NCBI GenBank assembly: GCA_035546095.1
Contig: DASZXB010000037.1
Span: 3,598-67,597 of the forward strand
Source of the DNA: Verrucomicrobiia bacterium
GTDB taxonomy: Bacteria; Verrucomicrobiota; Verrucomicrobiia; Limisphaerales; UBA11358
DNA: 64,000 nt
Direction: 5' to 3'
Positions 53,101-62,948 of this stretch are shown here, piece after piece. Position numbers and translations under genes: made by a program. The notes below the pieces were generated by a model. That model had not been told where the DNA came from and searched no databases. It was given only the letters and a program-made list of their open reading frames with translations. The first letter of the stretch is position 1. The number at the start of each line of letters is the position of its first letter.

Positions 53101-53222
53101 AAGATGGGTTGCTCAATCTGCATGACCGCATGGCGGAAATCGGCGGACGTTTTGAGCAGGAAAGCCAGCCGGGACAAGGCACGCGCACGATTTTTATCGC
53201 GCCAATCTATTCAAGACCATGA
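50196..53222 (+). CDS. sensor histidine kinase with periplasmic two-component-regulator beta-propeller repeats and Y_Y_Y domain
   Basis: Many Reg_prop-type repeats (DGxLWIGTxxGL), a YQFQVTACNDSGVWN Y_Y_Y motif and one TM. HisKA_3 is shown by RIAKDLHDDLGAHLSQI and HATPase by HNIVKHAEA...DNGRGF...GGRFEQES. Confidence 0.9.
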   Translation: MMTVMFRNAFFLSAWTAGFVFFNSHPVYADSSNWFARVWQSDDGLSDNNVTGVAQTSDGYLWVATQGGLVRFDGVQFKRLSLPTILGMPVGMIRALTVCNGDHLWLALEGGVVISVSPYETKIYTTAQGLPGVRPASITEDADGSVWVGYWDDSACRIANGEVKRFTNKEGLPYTGFCSLVTDVKKQLWFAEGNHVGIFRDGRFASLITTPGRLAGIAAKDDGGIWIVAGRKLFKYETGETLTQVAELPASGENIEPLALFEDRTKAVWIGTAANGLFRFDGTNVSHVRASHEEVRSVTEDREGNIWVGSSGSGLSRLSLRALELLGVEHGLPFETVQSVCEDADSNLWVVAPNGSLVRQQGKDWQLMNGNPEWPGGQASCVAADEIGKVWIGTVNNGLYEWNDGHYSVIRKTNGLASDKVWTLMTDSQNDIWISLSNPNCVERLRDGKFQKFDLPVGSHFARAMVEDAAHVIWMGTEDGKLLRVKDGVLSDETARTLTKLVPIRCLQATADGSLWIGYASAGLGRLKDGRFTQIGAEQGLPDDFISQILPDDFGRLWIASNKGIFEVQQPELETAGEPVKNVQPMLFGKNEGLPSLQANFGYGPNFIRLRDGRLCFSMLTGLVMVNPQKISIHQQAVPVLIERVSVDGKILPFPGYNQLLGNELTASNEFQSVHALEIPPEHRELKIDYNALGFAAPQNVRMRYQLLGYDRQPVETTQRSVTYSQIPPGRYQFQVTACNDSGVWNQTGAQLNFIVDPFFWQTWWFRAAALLAFTGVIVVAIYYISVRRLHRKVWRLEQESAVEKDRARIAKDLHDDLGAHLSQIAMLSELAQTDLEKPAQARSHIDQIFRNARLLTRSLDEIVWAVNPKNDTLERFVAHVCQFAPEFLRTADIRCRLDMPMDLSSLQLASNVRHQLYLGFKESLHNIVKHAEATEVWLRLKLTDGTIVFTIEDNGRGFETSKVFKNGEDGLLNLHDRMAEIGGRFEQESQPGQGTRTIFIAPIYSRP

Positions 53223-53293
53223 TGAAAACGAATTTCAACCTTCGGCAGAATTGCCGACTGTCGGCATTTGGCTGGACCGCTTAACCTGAAAGA

Positions 53294-53938
53294 ATGATGG
53301 CTGTTAAACAAACACCGATAACCATCGCAATCATTGAAGACGACGCCGGATTGCGCGAGAGTCTGCGCGGCATTGTGCAACGCGCGCCGGATTGCCGGTG
53401 CGTCGGCGCTTTCGGCAGCGCCGAGGAAGCGTTGCAGGCGATTCCCGAATTGAATCCCACGGTGGTTTTGATGGACATCAATTTGCCCGGCATGGACGGC
53501 GTGGAATGTGTGCGGCGCATGGTTGAATCGGAGCCGCATCCGCAAATCATCATGCTGACAGTTCATGAAGACACGGATTTCATTTTTGAATCACTGGCGG
53601 CGGGCGCGTCCGGTTATTTGCTCAAGCCGGTGCGCGCCGTTGAATTGCTGGCGGCGGTCAAGAATGTCCATGCCGGCGGCGCACCGATGACCAGCAGCAT
53701 TGCGCGCAAAGTGGTGCAGTCGTTCAAACAAACCAAACCATCGCAGAACGAGGTGGATGAATTGTCTCCGCGCGAGCAGGAAATACTGGATTATCTGGCC
53801 AAAGGTTACAGCTACAAGGAAACTTCAGAACAAATCGGCATCAGTTACAGCACGGTTCATACGCACATCGAACACATTTATCATAAATTGCACGTTCGTT
53901 CCCGCGCTCAAGCGGTGGCTAAATATCTGGGGGTTTGA
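53294..53938 (+). CDS. NarL/FixJ-family response regulator (LuxR-type HTH)
   Basis: Receiver domain with IIEDD...VVLMDINLPGMDG...K, and an HTH with LSPREQEILDYLAKGYSYKETSEQIGISYSTVHTHIEHIYHKLHV. Confidence 0.9.
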   Translation: MMAVKQTPITIAIIEDDAGLRESLRGIVQRAPDCRCVGAFGSAEEALQAIPELNPTVVLMDINLPGMDGVECVRRMVESEPHPQIIMLTVHEDTDFIFESLAAGASGYLLKPVRAVELLAAVKNVHAGGAPMTSSIARKVVQSFKQTKPSQNEVDELSPREQEILDYLAKGYSYKETSEQIGISYSTVHTHIEHIYHKLHVRSRAQAVAKYLGV

Positions 53939-54060
53939 CATTTAAGATGATTGCCGATGCAAAACATCGGCAGTTTTGCTGACTTCACAAGATGAAAAAT
54001 CGTTCTAAATTGAAACCATACAAACACGCTAGATTTAATCCGTCCATGTTTACGTTTTTC

Positions 54061-54789
54061 ATGAACCGGAAAAACCGGGGTTTTACGCTCATCGAATTGC
54101 TGGTGGTTATCGCGATCATCGCGATTCTGGCAGCGATGCTGTTGCCTGCTTTGGGACGGGCAAAGCAAAAGGCGATTGGCATTCAATGTGTCAACAATGG
54201 TAAACAATTCATGCTGGCTTGGATTATGTATGCCGATGACAACAACAATTATCTTGTCCCCAATCCATCATCATCAATGAACCCGACCACAAGCACGGCT
54301 TGGGCGGCGGGAGATATGTCTAATCCCAATGACGCCACCAATGAAGCGCTCATCGAAAATGCCATGTTATATCCTTACACAAAATCCATTGGAATCTACA
54401 AATGCCCCGGCAATCAAAAGGACATGTTGCGTGGAATTTCAATGAATTGTTACATGGGATCAACAAATGGCGCCATTAACTTCGGGCCTAATTATCAAAA
54501 TTATACCAGACTAACTTCAATCAGAAACCCCACCGACCGGTTTGTGATGATTGATGAAGATGCTGGAACAATTAACGATGCGTGTTTTCGTATTGACGCG
54601 CCGGCTGCTTCTCCTTGGATGCTTGATTGGCCTGCGGTGTATCACCTGAATTGCAGCGGCATATCTTACGCTGACGGCCATGCTGGCCTACATCGCTGGA
54701 GGTATATCAAACCTCCAAATTTTGCTCCCACTTCGAGCCAACTAAGTGACTTAAATGATTTGATTAACATGGCCACTGAACACAAATAA
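54061..54789 (+). CDS. prepilin-type N-terminal cleavage/methylation domain protein of the H-X9-DG class
   Basis: MNRKNRG|[24 protein letters not shown] leader plus hydrophobic helix, and a C-terminal [12 protein letters not shown] match to the H-X9-DG motif. Confidence 0.85.
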   Translation: MNRKNRGFTLIELLVVIAIIAILAAMLLPALGRAKQKAIGIQCVNNGKQFMLAWIMYADDNNNYLVPNPSSSMNPTTSTAWAAGDMSNPNDATNEALIENAMLYPYTKSIGIYKCPGNQKDMLRGISMNCYMGSTNGAINFGPNYQNYTRLTSIRNPTDRFVMIDEDAGTINDACFRIDAPAASPWMLDWPAVYHLNCSGISYADGHAGLHRWRYIKPPNFAPTSSQLSDLNDLINMATEHK

Positions 54790-54811
54790 ACCCAACAACC
54801 AAGAATCCGTT

Positions 54812-57800
54812 ATGAAAAAATCCATCATGGTTTCCGTGCAAACAGCGGTGATTGCCGCGAGTTTTGCCTTGTCATTGCCGCTGCGCGCAACCGTCACCAA
54901 CATCGTCTGCAATTCCGCCGACTACACCTGCCAGCCGACAAGCGGCGTCAACAATCCCGTGTCCAGTTCGACGGACGCGATTGGATTCGCCGGTTCGCCC
55001 GGTTCGAGCTGGTGCGCCATTTTGATGTTTCCGTTGCCCACGCTGCCGCCGGGGAAAATAGTCGGGCCGCAAACCACCTTGTCGGTGACTTTAAGCGCCG
55101 TCGGCGCCAGCACGACCATCAACGGCGACCTTTGGGGCGTCGCGAATTTTCGGAACACTTTGCCGGGAGCGACGCCTGATTCAACTTACTGGTATTATCT
55201 TGCCAACAATACCGGTCCGGGAAGTAATCCCACACCAACCGACACAAAACTGATGGATAATTTTCTTACCCCAAGCCTGATTAACCAAGCCGGTGCAATT
55301 GTTTCGACGCCGACTGGAACGACCAATAATCTTCAGAATTACATCCAAAATTTTTATATCAACAATCCCGGTTATGACGCTTCCGTGTCGCAAGCTTATG
55401 TCTGGGTGCGGATAAATCCCGACTCCGTTTCAACTTCGACCGCCAACCGGTATGTGATTGTTGCCGGTGACAGCAGCACTTCCAAACCCACTTTGAATCT
55501 GGATATTGCGGATATTCCGACAAACACTTTAGTTTGGAACGGCAACGCATCGGCTGTCTGGGACGATTCGACCGCGAATTGGAAATCCAACAATATCGCC
55601 GGATTCGTTTATCAGGACGGAGCTAATGTGATTTTTGATGACACGTTCAGCGCCAATCCGGCAGTCACATTGAACACGACGGTGTTGCCCACCAGTGTGA
55701 CGGTGAACAATAGCGTGGCCAATTACTCCATCAGCGGCTCAGGGAATATCAGCGGCACGGCATCGTTATTGAAACTGGGAACCGGCACTTTGGTTTTGGA
55801 CACGGACAATGATTATTCCGGCGGAACAATTCTGGCGGGCGGTGTTTTGCAAATCGGCAACGGTGACACGCACGGTTCAATTGGTTCCGGTCCATTGACC
55901 AATACCATCAACGGAACAGCGCTGGTATTCAATCGCACGGATGCCATCAGCGTGAATACCATTACCAGAAATGCTTCTTACAATGCCAGTATTGTCGTGA
56001 ACTCAGGTTCAGTCAGTTTGGGTGGAACCGGTGATAATTCCGGCACGCTGGCTACGGTCAACAGCGGCGGCACGTTGATTTTGGCCAAACCGAGCGGCAG
56101 CGCGGCGCACGCGCTGGGTTCTTCCAGCACCATCAACGCCGGCGGCGTTATGCAATTGGGCGGCACAGGCGGCGACCAGATTTATCAAAGCGCTTATATC
56201 ACCAACAACGGCACGTTCGATTTGGCCGGATTGAGTGAAGGATTTAACGGCATGACCGGCAACGGCTTGGTGACCAGTTCTATCTCTGGAAATTCAACCT
56301 TGCAACTCGGTGATGGCGGCGGCACGGCTACATTTGCTGGCGCGATTGAAGACGGCGCGGGAACTGTCACGTTGATCAAGACCGGCGCGGGAACTCAAAC
56401 TTTGACCGGAACCAATACTTATTCGGGCGGAACCACGGTCAACGGCGGCAAATTGGTGGTTTTGACCAGCGGCAACGGCGGCGATTATACGGTCACCAAT
56501 TCCGCGACATTGGGCGTCAGCGTGGCGGCGATAAACGCGGCGCTTAACATAAATAATTTGAATTTGGGAGCAGCTAAAATTGAATTCCAAAGTATCAACA
56601 GCACCACCGTGGCTCCGCTTCAGGTCGGCGATTTAACTCTCAACGGCACGGTTACGATAAATATCACCAACAACAGCATTACCTATCTTCCCGGACAAAG
56701 TTATCCGTTGATTGCTTATACCAATTTGTCCGGCAGCGGCGGTTTCGTTATCGGCACGTTGCCGACAGGCGTGTCGGGCAGTTTGGACACCAGCGCCAGC
56801 CCGATTAAATTTGTCGTTTCAAATGTTCCAGTCACGTGGAACGGTAATGTTTCCGGTGTGTGGGACATCAACACCACGCCCAATTGGAAATTCGGGACTC
56901 TGACTGGATTGGTTTATCCCGACAATGAACCGGTGACGTTTGACGATACGCTAAGTGGCACTTCATCCATTGATTTGGAAGCGTATGTCAATCCGCTGAG
57001 TGTTACCTTCAGCAATTCCACTCATGCCTACGTCATTAGTGGACCCGGCGACATTTCCGGGCCGGGCCTGCTTACCAAGACTGGCACGAACATTTTGATT
57101 CTGGACACGGACAATGATTATTACGGTGGGACGGTATTGTCAGGCGGCACATTGCAAGTTGGAAACAACGATACGCACGGCAGCCTCGGCACGGGACCGC
57201 TCACCAATCTGGTGGGTGGAACTGTTTTGGCATTCAACCGGACAGATTCCATCACCGTTAACACAATCACCAGAACCACAGTGGACAACAGCGCGCATAT
57301 CGTGGTCAATTCCGGCATCGTATCGTTGGGCGGAACCGGAGACAACGCTGGCACCTTGGCAACGGTCAATAGCGGCGCCACATTGATTTTGGCGAAGGAC
57401 AGCGGCAGCACCGTTCACGCCCTTTCCGGCATCGGCGGATTGGTGATTAACCCCGGCGGCACCATGCAATTGGGTGGTTATGGCAATGACCAGATTTACA
57501 CAAGTTCAATCCTCACCGACAACGGCACGTTTGACATGGCCGGCTACAATGAAGGGTTCGATGGTCTCAACGGCAATGGAATTGTCACCGATTTAGCCGG
57601 TGGCAGTTCAACGTTGCAATTAGGAGAAAATAACGGTTCCTACACGTTTGACGGCACCATTGTAAATGGCAACGGAGTTTTGGGATTAACTAAAGTCGGC
57701 ACCGGCACATTGATCTTGACCGGCGCCAGCTCTTATAGCGGAGATACGACCGTGAGCACTGGCAAACTGGTTACGACAACGGCCAGCACTGGTGGTGGTA

Positions 57801-58357
57801 ATTACACCATTGCGGACGCTGCGGCTTTGAGCGTGAATGTGGCCACAGCCAATGGTTCACTTAGTATCTATTCATTAATGCTGGGTGCTTCATCGCTTGA
57901 GTTTCAAAACTTGAACAGTACGACCCAAGCAGCTATCACTGCTCAAGCGATTAACCAGACTGGCAATGTTGTCATAAATGTGACCAGCGGCTCTTTTGTC
58001 GCGGGTCAGAGCTATCCGCTTCTGAGCTATTCGAGTTCGTTTGGTAGCGGCACTTTTACTCTCGGCACATTGCCTGCCGGAGTGACGGCCACGTTGAACG
58101 CCAGCGCCAGCCCGATTACGCTGCAGGTTTCCAGCGTTGTGAACACGACGCCGACCAATATCGTGACGACATACACCAATGGCACGCTGACATTGCAATG
58201 GCCGGCGGATCATATCGGCTGGCTGTTGGAATCCAATTCCATTGATTTGGGCAACACTAACGATTGGTTTGTGATTCCAAATTCTTCCGGCACAAACGTC
58301 ATAAATATCCAGGTTGACCCGAATTCACCGCACGTTTTCTACCGGATGCGCCATTAA
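54812..58357 (+). CDS. large secreted autotransporter-associated beta-strand-repeat (PATR) protein
   Basis: Signal peptide, repeated GTLxLxxxNxYSGGTxxxGGxLxxG units and an internal ~434 aa duplication. 1181 aa. Confidence 0.85.
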   Translation: MKKSIMVSVQTAVIAASFALSLPLRATVTNIVCNSADYTCQPTSGVNNPVSSSTDAIGFAGSPGSSWCAILMFPLPTLPPGKIVGPQTTLSVTLSAVGASTTINGDLWGVANFRNTLPGATPDSTYWYYLANNTGPGSNPTPTDTKLMDNFLTPSLINQAGAIVSTPTGTTNNLQNYIQNFYINNPGYDASVSQAYVWVRINPDSVSTSTANRYVIVAGDSSTSKPTLNLDIADIPTNTLVWNGNASAVWDDSTANWKSNNIAGFVYQDGANVIFDDTFSANPAVTLNTTVLPTSVTVNNSVANYSISGSGNISGTASLLKLGTGTLVLDTDNDYSGGTILAGGVLQIGNGDTHGSIGSGPLTNTINGTALVFNRTDAISVNTITRNASYNASIVVNSGSVSLGGTGDNSGTLATVNSGGTLILAKPSGSAAHALGSSSTINAGGVMQLGGTGGDQIYQSAYITNNGTFDLAGLSEGFNGMTGNGLVTSSISGNSTLQLGDGGGTATFAGAIEDGAGTVTLIKTGAGTQTLTGTNTYSGGTTVNGGKLVVLTSGNGGDYTVTNSATLGVSVAAINAALNINNLNLGAAKIEFQSINSTTVAPLQVGDLTLNGTVTINITNNSITYLPGQSYPLIAYTNLSGSGGFVIGTLPTGVSGSLDTSASPIKFVVSNVPVTWNGNVSGVWDINTTPNWKFGTLTGLVYPDNEPVTFDDTLSGTSSIDLEAYVNPLSVTFSNSTHAYVISGPGDISGPGLLTKTGTNILILDTDNDYYGGTVLSGGTLQVGNNDTHGSLGTGPLTNLVGGTVLAFNRTDSITVNTITRTTVDNSAHIVVNSGIVSLGGTGDNAGTLATVNSGATLILAKDSGSTVHALSGIGGLVINPGGTMQLGGYGNDQIYTSSILTDNGTFDMAGYNEGFDGLNGNGIVTDLAGGSSTLQLGENNGSYTFDGTIVNGNGVLGLTKVGTGTLILTGASSYSGDTTVSTGKLVTTTASTGGGNYTIADAAALSVNVATANGSLSIYSLMLGASSLEFQNLNSTTQAAITAQAINQTGNVVINVTSGSFVAGQSYPLLSYSSSFGSGTFTLGTLPAGVTATLNASASPITLQVSSVVNTTPTNIVTTYTNGTLTLQWPADHIGWLLESNSIDLGNTNDWFVIPNSSGTNVINIQVDPNSPHVFYRMRH
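55526..58135 (+). repeat. in-frame tandem duplication (2 x ~1302 nt) within the PATR protein gene
   Basis: Copy 1 begins TLVWNGNASAVWDD and copy 2 begins VPVTWNGNVSGVWDI. The Trp codons at 55535 and 56837 are 1302 nt apart. The copies stay collinear to SPIKFVVSN and SPITLQVSS and are diverged at the protein level. Confidence 0.85.
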
Positions 58358-58461
58358 ACGTGTCTTTGATTTGAATTTTAGACACGCCAAGGTTGAGCAA
58401 ATGCCGTTTGTCGCCCGTCCGGCGGCAAACGGCGAAACTTTTCAGGATAAACCACAAATTC

Positions 58462-60633
58462 ATGCTGCTTAAAATTGTCCAAGTCACACTAATTTTTTTA
58501 GGTGTTCCAATTGTAATGTTGGCGACGGATTCTTCGCCGGAAAAATACCTCTCCCTGTTGCAAAAACCCGACACGCTGGAGCAAGCCGAAAATCAAGCCC
58601 GACAACTCATGCAGGCCGTGACGCCCGAAGAACGATTTGATTTCGTTTGCGGCAGCGGTTTTGGCGTTCGCGCCATTCCGCGATTGGGCATTCCTGAATT
58701 ACGTTTCGGCGACGCCAGTTGCGGTTTGCGGATTGCCGCCGACCCGACTGGAAAGCATGTGACCACGGCATTTCCCTGCACATTGTTGCTGGCGGCGACC
58801 TGGGACACCAACGCTTTTCAGGAATATGGGAAATCGGTGGCCGAGGAATTTCGCGCGGACGGACGGCATTTCATTCTCGGTCCCGGCATGAATCTTTATC
58901 GTAACTCGAAAGATGGTCGCAATTTTGAATTTTTAGGCGAAGACCCGTTTCTGGCAGGCGAAGCGGTCGCGGCATATGTTCGCGGGGCGCAGAGCGTCAA
59001 TGTCGGCGTGACATTGAAACATTTTATCGGCAACGAAACCGAAAACCGGCGGCGCGCGGAAAACACCATCGTGGACGACCGGACGTTGCATGAAATTTAC
59101 ATGGCTCCGTTCAAGGCCGGCATTGATGCGGGCGCGTGGGCGGTGATGACTTCCTACAATCTGGTCAACGGAGAATGGGCGGGACAAAGCAAATTTGTCA
59201 GCACTGAATTGCTGCGCCATCAACTCGGATTTCAATATCTGATTATGACGGATTGGAGTTCGGCCTGGCACGGCGATTTGCTGGCGCAATCGGGAAACGA
59301 CCTCGAAGAACCAAACGGCTACGCGCTGAAACTGGACCGCGCCAAAGTTTTCGGCAGTGCGGACATTGACCGCATGGCGGTGGATATTCTCAAAACCGGT
59401 ATTGCGTCCGGCATTTACGAATTGGAGGCGAAAAAGGAATTTAAGAAACCCGAATGGCTGGCCAAATATCCCGAACACGAAAAGTTTGCCGGACAGGTCA
59501 ACCGCGAAGGAATTGTGCTGCTCGCCAACAATGGACTTTTGCCGCTGAAATCCGAAATGGCAGGAAAAATTCTCGTCAGCGGAAACGCCGCGGCGTTGAA
59601 AGAATTGAGCGGCGGCGGTTCGGGACACGTCGTCGGTTACAACTTGAACACTTATCTTCAAGCGGTTCAAAAAACCTTTGGCGTCAGCAATGTCATTTAT
59701 TCCGAGAATCCAACCGACGACGAAATCCGTTCGGCCAGACTGGTTTTATTGTTCGCCGGGCGGACGCCGCGCAGCGGATACGAAGGCGAAGCGTCCAATC
59801 ACGCCTTCGAGTTGCCCGACGACGCTTTGATTTCGCGTTGCACCAAATTGAATTCCCGGACAGTCGTGAATTTGATTTGCGGCGGCGGCGCGCAAATGGA
59901 TTGGGCTAATCAAGCCGCGGCCATTGTCCTCGCATTTTATGGCGGGCAAACGGGACCGACTGCGTTGTTGGATGTTCTGACCGGAAACACAAATCCGTCC
60001 GGCAAACTGGCGTTCACGATTGAAAAACATTTTCAGGATTCCTGCGCCGCCGGCGATGACGATTTGGTAAAAACAGGGAAGATAATCGTTGACCCCAAAG
60101 ACCTTGCCCGGCGCGCCGGAGCATCGCGCTGGAGCGATTTTGTGTCCCGACAGGGGAACAACGAATTTTATACTTACGATTTGGAATACAAGGAAGGCAT
60201 TTTTGTCGGGTATCGCTGGTATGACGAAAAAAACATCCAACCGCGTTTTCCTTTTGGCTTCGGCCTTTCTTACACCAAGTTCGCCTACTCCGGTTTGAAC
60301 GTCGTTGCCGATGAAAATAAACCGGCATCGCCTTCGGCAACTGTCAGCTTCAAAATCGCCAATGTCGGGAAACGCGCCGGCGATGAGATTGCGCAGGTTT
60401 ATGTCGAATATCCGCAAACCGACGTTCCGCAACCGAAAAAGGAACTGAAAGGGTTCGCCCGCGTTCATTTGTCTCCCGGCGAAACCAAAGAAATTTCCGT
60501 TCATCTCGGCACGAACGCCTTCTCCTTCTGGCATCCGCAAAAAAAAGTTTGGATGCCGGCAACCGGCGTTTTCAAAATTGACGTGGGCGCGTCTTCTCAA
60601 GACATAAGATTGTCCCAAAATGTAAATTTTTGA
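58462..60633 (+). CDS. glycoside hydrolase family 3 beta-glucosidase-like enzyme
   Basis: Signal/anchor at MLLKIVQV, KHFIGNETE, an MTDWSS nucleophile region (SDW-type) and a C-terminal Fn3-like domain (VSFKIANVGKRAGDEIAQVYV). Confidence 0.9.
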   Translation: MLLKIVQVTLIFLGVPIVMLATDSSPEKYLSLLQKPDTLEQAENQARQLMQAVTPEERFDFVCGSGFGVRAIPRLGIPELRFGDASCGLRIAADPTGKHVTTAFPCTLLLAATWDTNAFQEYGKSVAEEFRADGRHFILGPGMNLYRNSKDGRNFEFLGEDPFLAGEAVAAYVRGAQSVNVGVTLKHFIGNETENRRRAENTIVDDRTLHEIYMAPFKAGIDAGAWAVMTSYNLVNGEWAGQSKFVSTELLRHQLGFQYLIMTDWSSAWHGDLLAQSGNDLEEPNGYALKLDRAKVFGSADIDRMAVDILKTGIASGIYELEAKKEFKKPEWLAKYPEHEKFAGQVNREGIVLLANNGLLPLKSEMAGKILVSGNAAALKELSGGGSGHVVGYNLNTYLQAVQKTFGVSNVIYSENPTDDEIRSARLVLLFAGRTPRSGYEGEASNHAFELPDDALISRCTKLNSRTVVNLICGGGAQMDWANQAAAIVLAFYGGQTGPTALLDVLTGNTNPSGKLAFTIEKHFQDSCAAGDDDLVKTGKIIVDPKDLARRAGASRWSDFVSRQGNNEFYTYDLEYKEGIFVGYRWYDEKNIQPRFPFGFGLSYTKFAYSGLNVVADENKPASPSATVSFKIANVGKRAGDEIAQVYVEYPQTDVPQPKKELKGFARVHLSPGETKEISVHLGTNAFSFWHPQKKVWMPATGVFKIDVGASSQDIRLSQNVNF

Positions 60634-60639
60634 ATCGCG

Positions 60640-62826
60640 TCATTTTGCCGGAATTAGTTGAAAATCCGGCGCGCCGAATTGCCACAGCAAAAACGTCAAC
60701 ATGTCGGCAAATTGTTCTTCACCCTGCTTTTTGGTGCTGCCAATGCCGTGTCCGGCTTCGTAATCCACGCGCAACAAAATCGGCTTGCCGCTCGCGGTGG
60801 CGGCTTGCAAACGCGCGGTCATTTTCGCCGATTGCCACGGCTCGACGCGCGGATCGTTGATGCCGGTCGTCAGTAGCACGGCGGGATATTTCGTTCCATC
60901 CGCGACGTGATGATATGCGCTCATCTCGTAAAGCGCCTTGAATCCGCCTTCGGTTTTCACGCTGCCAAATTCGGGAATGTTCGGCACACCGTTGGGCGTC
61001 GTTTCGATGCGCAACATATCCAGACAACCGACTTGAATGATGGCTGCGCCGAACAAATCAGGACGTTCGGTAATCGCGCGGCCAATCAAAATGCCGCCCG
61101 CGCTGCCGCCGGTTCCGCCAAGTTTGGCCGGCGAAGTGTATTTGTTTTGAATCAGATATTCCGCGCAGGCAATGAAATCTTTCCACGTGTTCGGCTTGGT
61201 TCGTTTGTAACCGGCTTTATACCAATCCTCGCCGTATTCGCCGCCACCGCGCACGTGGGCGACGGCATAAACGCCGCCTTTTTCATACCACGCCAGCAGC
61301 GCGGGACTGAAACCGGGGTCGCGTGAAATACCATACGCGCCGTAGCCCGCCAGTAACGCGGGATTCGAGCCGTCCAATTTGACGCCGCGTTTGTAAATGA
61401 TGGACAACGGAACCATCACGCCATCGTGACTGCGCGCCTTGACCTCGACGGATTCCAAATCGTCCGGCGCGTCATATTTGCCCAACGGTTGCAATTCTGC
61501 GTTGGTGATTTTTTTGGTTTTCGGATCATAAACATAAATCTGCCCGGCCTTCGTCCACGTGGCCATGTCCAGCAATGTTCCGTTCATGCGCGAATCGGTT
61601 GCCATGAGCGACAACGAACCGTCAAATGGCAGCGCGATTTGCTCCGTTTTTCCGTCAAATGACACACGCAAGAGCCGCCCAATGCCGCCGTCACGCAATT
61701 GCGCGTAAAGCGCGTCCTTCGCAACGGCCAAGCCGGTAATCACCGCGTCGCCGGTGGGCACAATTGTTTTGGCCGTCGTCAAATCCGGTTTGGCCAATGA
61801 AGTTTTGATGATTTCAAAGCGCGGCGAATTTTTGTGCGTCTGCAGATAAATTTCTTTTCCGTTCACAGCAAAATCCGTGACGCCGTCCTCGACGTCGCAA
61901 ATTTTTTGCCACAGCGCATTGGTTTTGCCGACGGACGCGAGCAGCGCGGCGTATAAAGTCATTTCACGCCGCGTTCCATGCTCAATCACGCCGAAAGCGT
62001 ATTTGGAATTGGGAACGACGCTCACAAAAGAATCGTCCGCTGCGTCCATTTTCACCAGCGGCGAAACTTCGTAGCCGAAAACCGCCATGTCCTTGTCGGC
62101 GTCGCCGCCAACTGTATGCAAATAGACGCGACTTTTCTGGTAACGCTCCGTTTCCGCCATGCCGGATTCCAATTTTTGCAGGCGATTGTAGAAAAACGAT
62201 TTTCCATCGGGACGCCAGTTGACGCCGCCGAATTGCGCGCGGTCAATCGGCGAATCCACTTCCTTGCCCGTCGCCGTTTCCAGCACGTGAATCGCCGCGT
62301 CTTCCGAACCGGCGGCAGAAAGTCCGCACGCGACGAATTTCCCGTTGGGCGACGGTTCGTAATAATTGATCGCGAACGGTTTGCCCGCGGCTTTCGCAAA
62401 TTTCTCCGGGTCAAGCAGCAAGGTTTCCTTTCCGTCCAAACCATTGCGCACGTAAAGTTTGAACGTATTGTCCTGCGGCAATCGTTTTTCGTAAAAATAC
62501 AATCCATTCGGCAGCCGGCGAACATCGCCGACGCGTGCGGCCACGGCGTTGTCCAATTCCTGAATCCGCGCGAGCAAGGCTTTGCGCGCCGGAATCCCGT
62601 CCAACTGCGAGCGCGTGAAATCATTTTGCGCCTTTATCCACGCTGTGACGTTGGTGTCCGCCAGATTTTCCATGTAACGATACGGGTCGTTCACGGCCAC
62701 GCCGAAATAAACATTCGTCACGTTTTCCACCGGCGCGACGGGCGGTATTGGCGCGGCAATCAAACAATTCAAAACCAATTGCAGACAAAAGCCCGCAGCC
62801 CACATTTTTTTCATCGTCGCCGTCAT
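60640..62826 (-). CDS. prolyl oligopeptidase family (S9A) serine peptidase
   Basis: N-terminal DPYRYMEN, a beta-propeller region and a GGSAGG nucleophile motif. The C-terminal region contains DPRV and EAGHG. Confidence 0.9.
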   Translation of the reverse strand: MTATMKKMWAAGFCLQLVLNCLIAAPIPPVAPVENVTNVYFGVAVNDPYRYMENLADTNVTAWIKAQNDFTRSQLDGIPARKALLARIQELDNAVAARVGDVRRLPNGLYFYEKRLPQDNTFKLYVRNGLDGKETLLLDPEKFAKAAGKPFAINYYEPSPNGKFVACGLSAAGSEDAAIHVLETATGKEVDSPIDRAQFGGVNWRPDGKSFFYNRLQKLESGMAETERYQKSRVYLHTVGGDADKDMAVFGYEVSPLVKMDAADDSFVSVVPNSKYAFGVIEHGTRREMTLYAALLASVGKTNALWQKICDVEDGVTDFAVNGKEIYLQTHKNSPRFEIIKTSLAKPDLTTAKTIVPTGDAVITGLAVAKDALYAQLRDGGIGRLLRVSFDGKTEQIALPFDGSLSLMATDSRMNGTLLDMATWTKAGQIYVYDPKTKKITNAELQPLGKYDAPDDLESVEVKARSHDGVMVPLSIIYKRGVKLDGSNPALLAGYGAYGISRDPGFSPALLAWYEKGGVYAVAHVRGGGEYGEDWYKAGYKRTKPNTWKDFIACAEYLIQNKYTSPAKLGGTGGSAGGILIGRAITERPDLFGAAIIQVGCLDMLRIETTPNGVPNIPEFGSVKTEGGFKALYEMSAYHHVADGTKYPAVLLTTGINDPRVEPWQSAKMTARLQAATASGKPILLRVDYEAGHGIGSTKKQGEEQFADMLTFLLWQFGAPDFQLIPAK

Positions 62827-62948
62827 AAGTTTAATTGTTGTGCTTCGACATTGTGCGGGATTGACCGGTTCAATTCCAGCAAACGCGTCTGCGAATTTTT
62901 GCGATTTCGTTTGACGCGGCTTGCCGAAAGCGCGAAAACAAGTCCACC

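Noticed and set aside
58403-58433. Hairpin GCCGTTTG...CAAACGGC downstream of the PATR gene, considered as a terminator.
   Set aside because: It has an 8 bp stem but a 15 nt loop and no following U-tract, so it is too weak to annotate.
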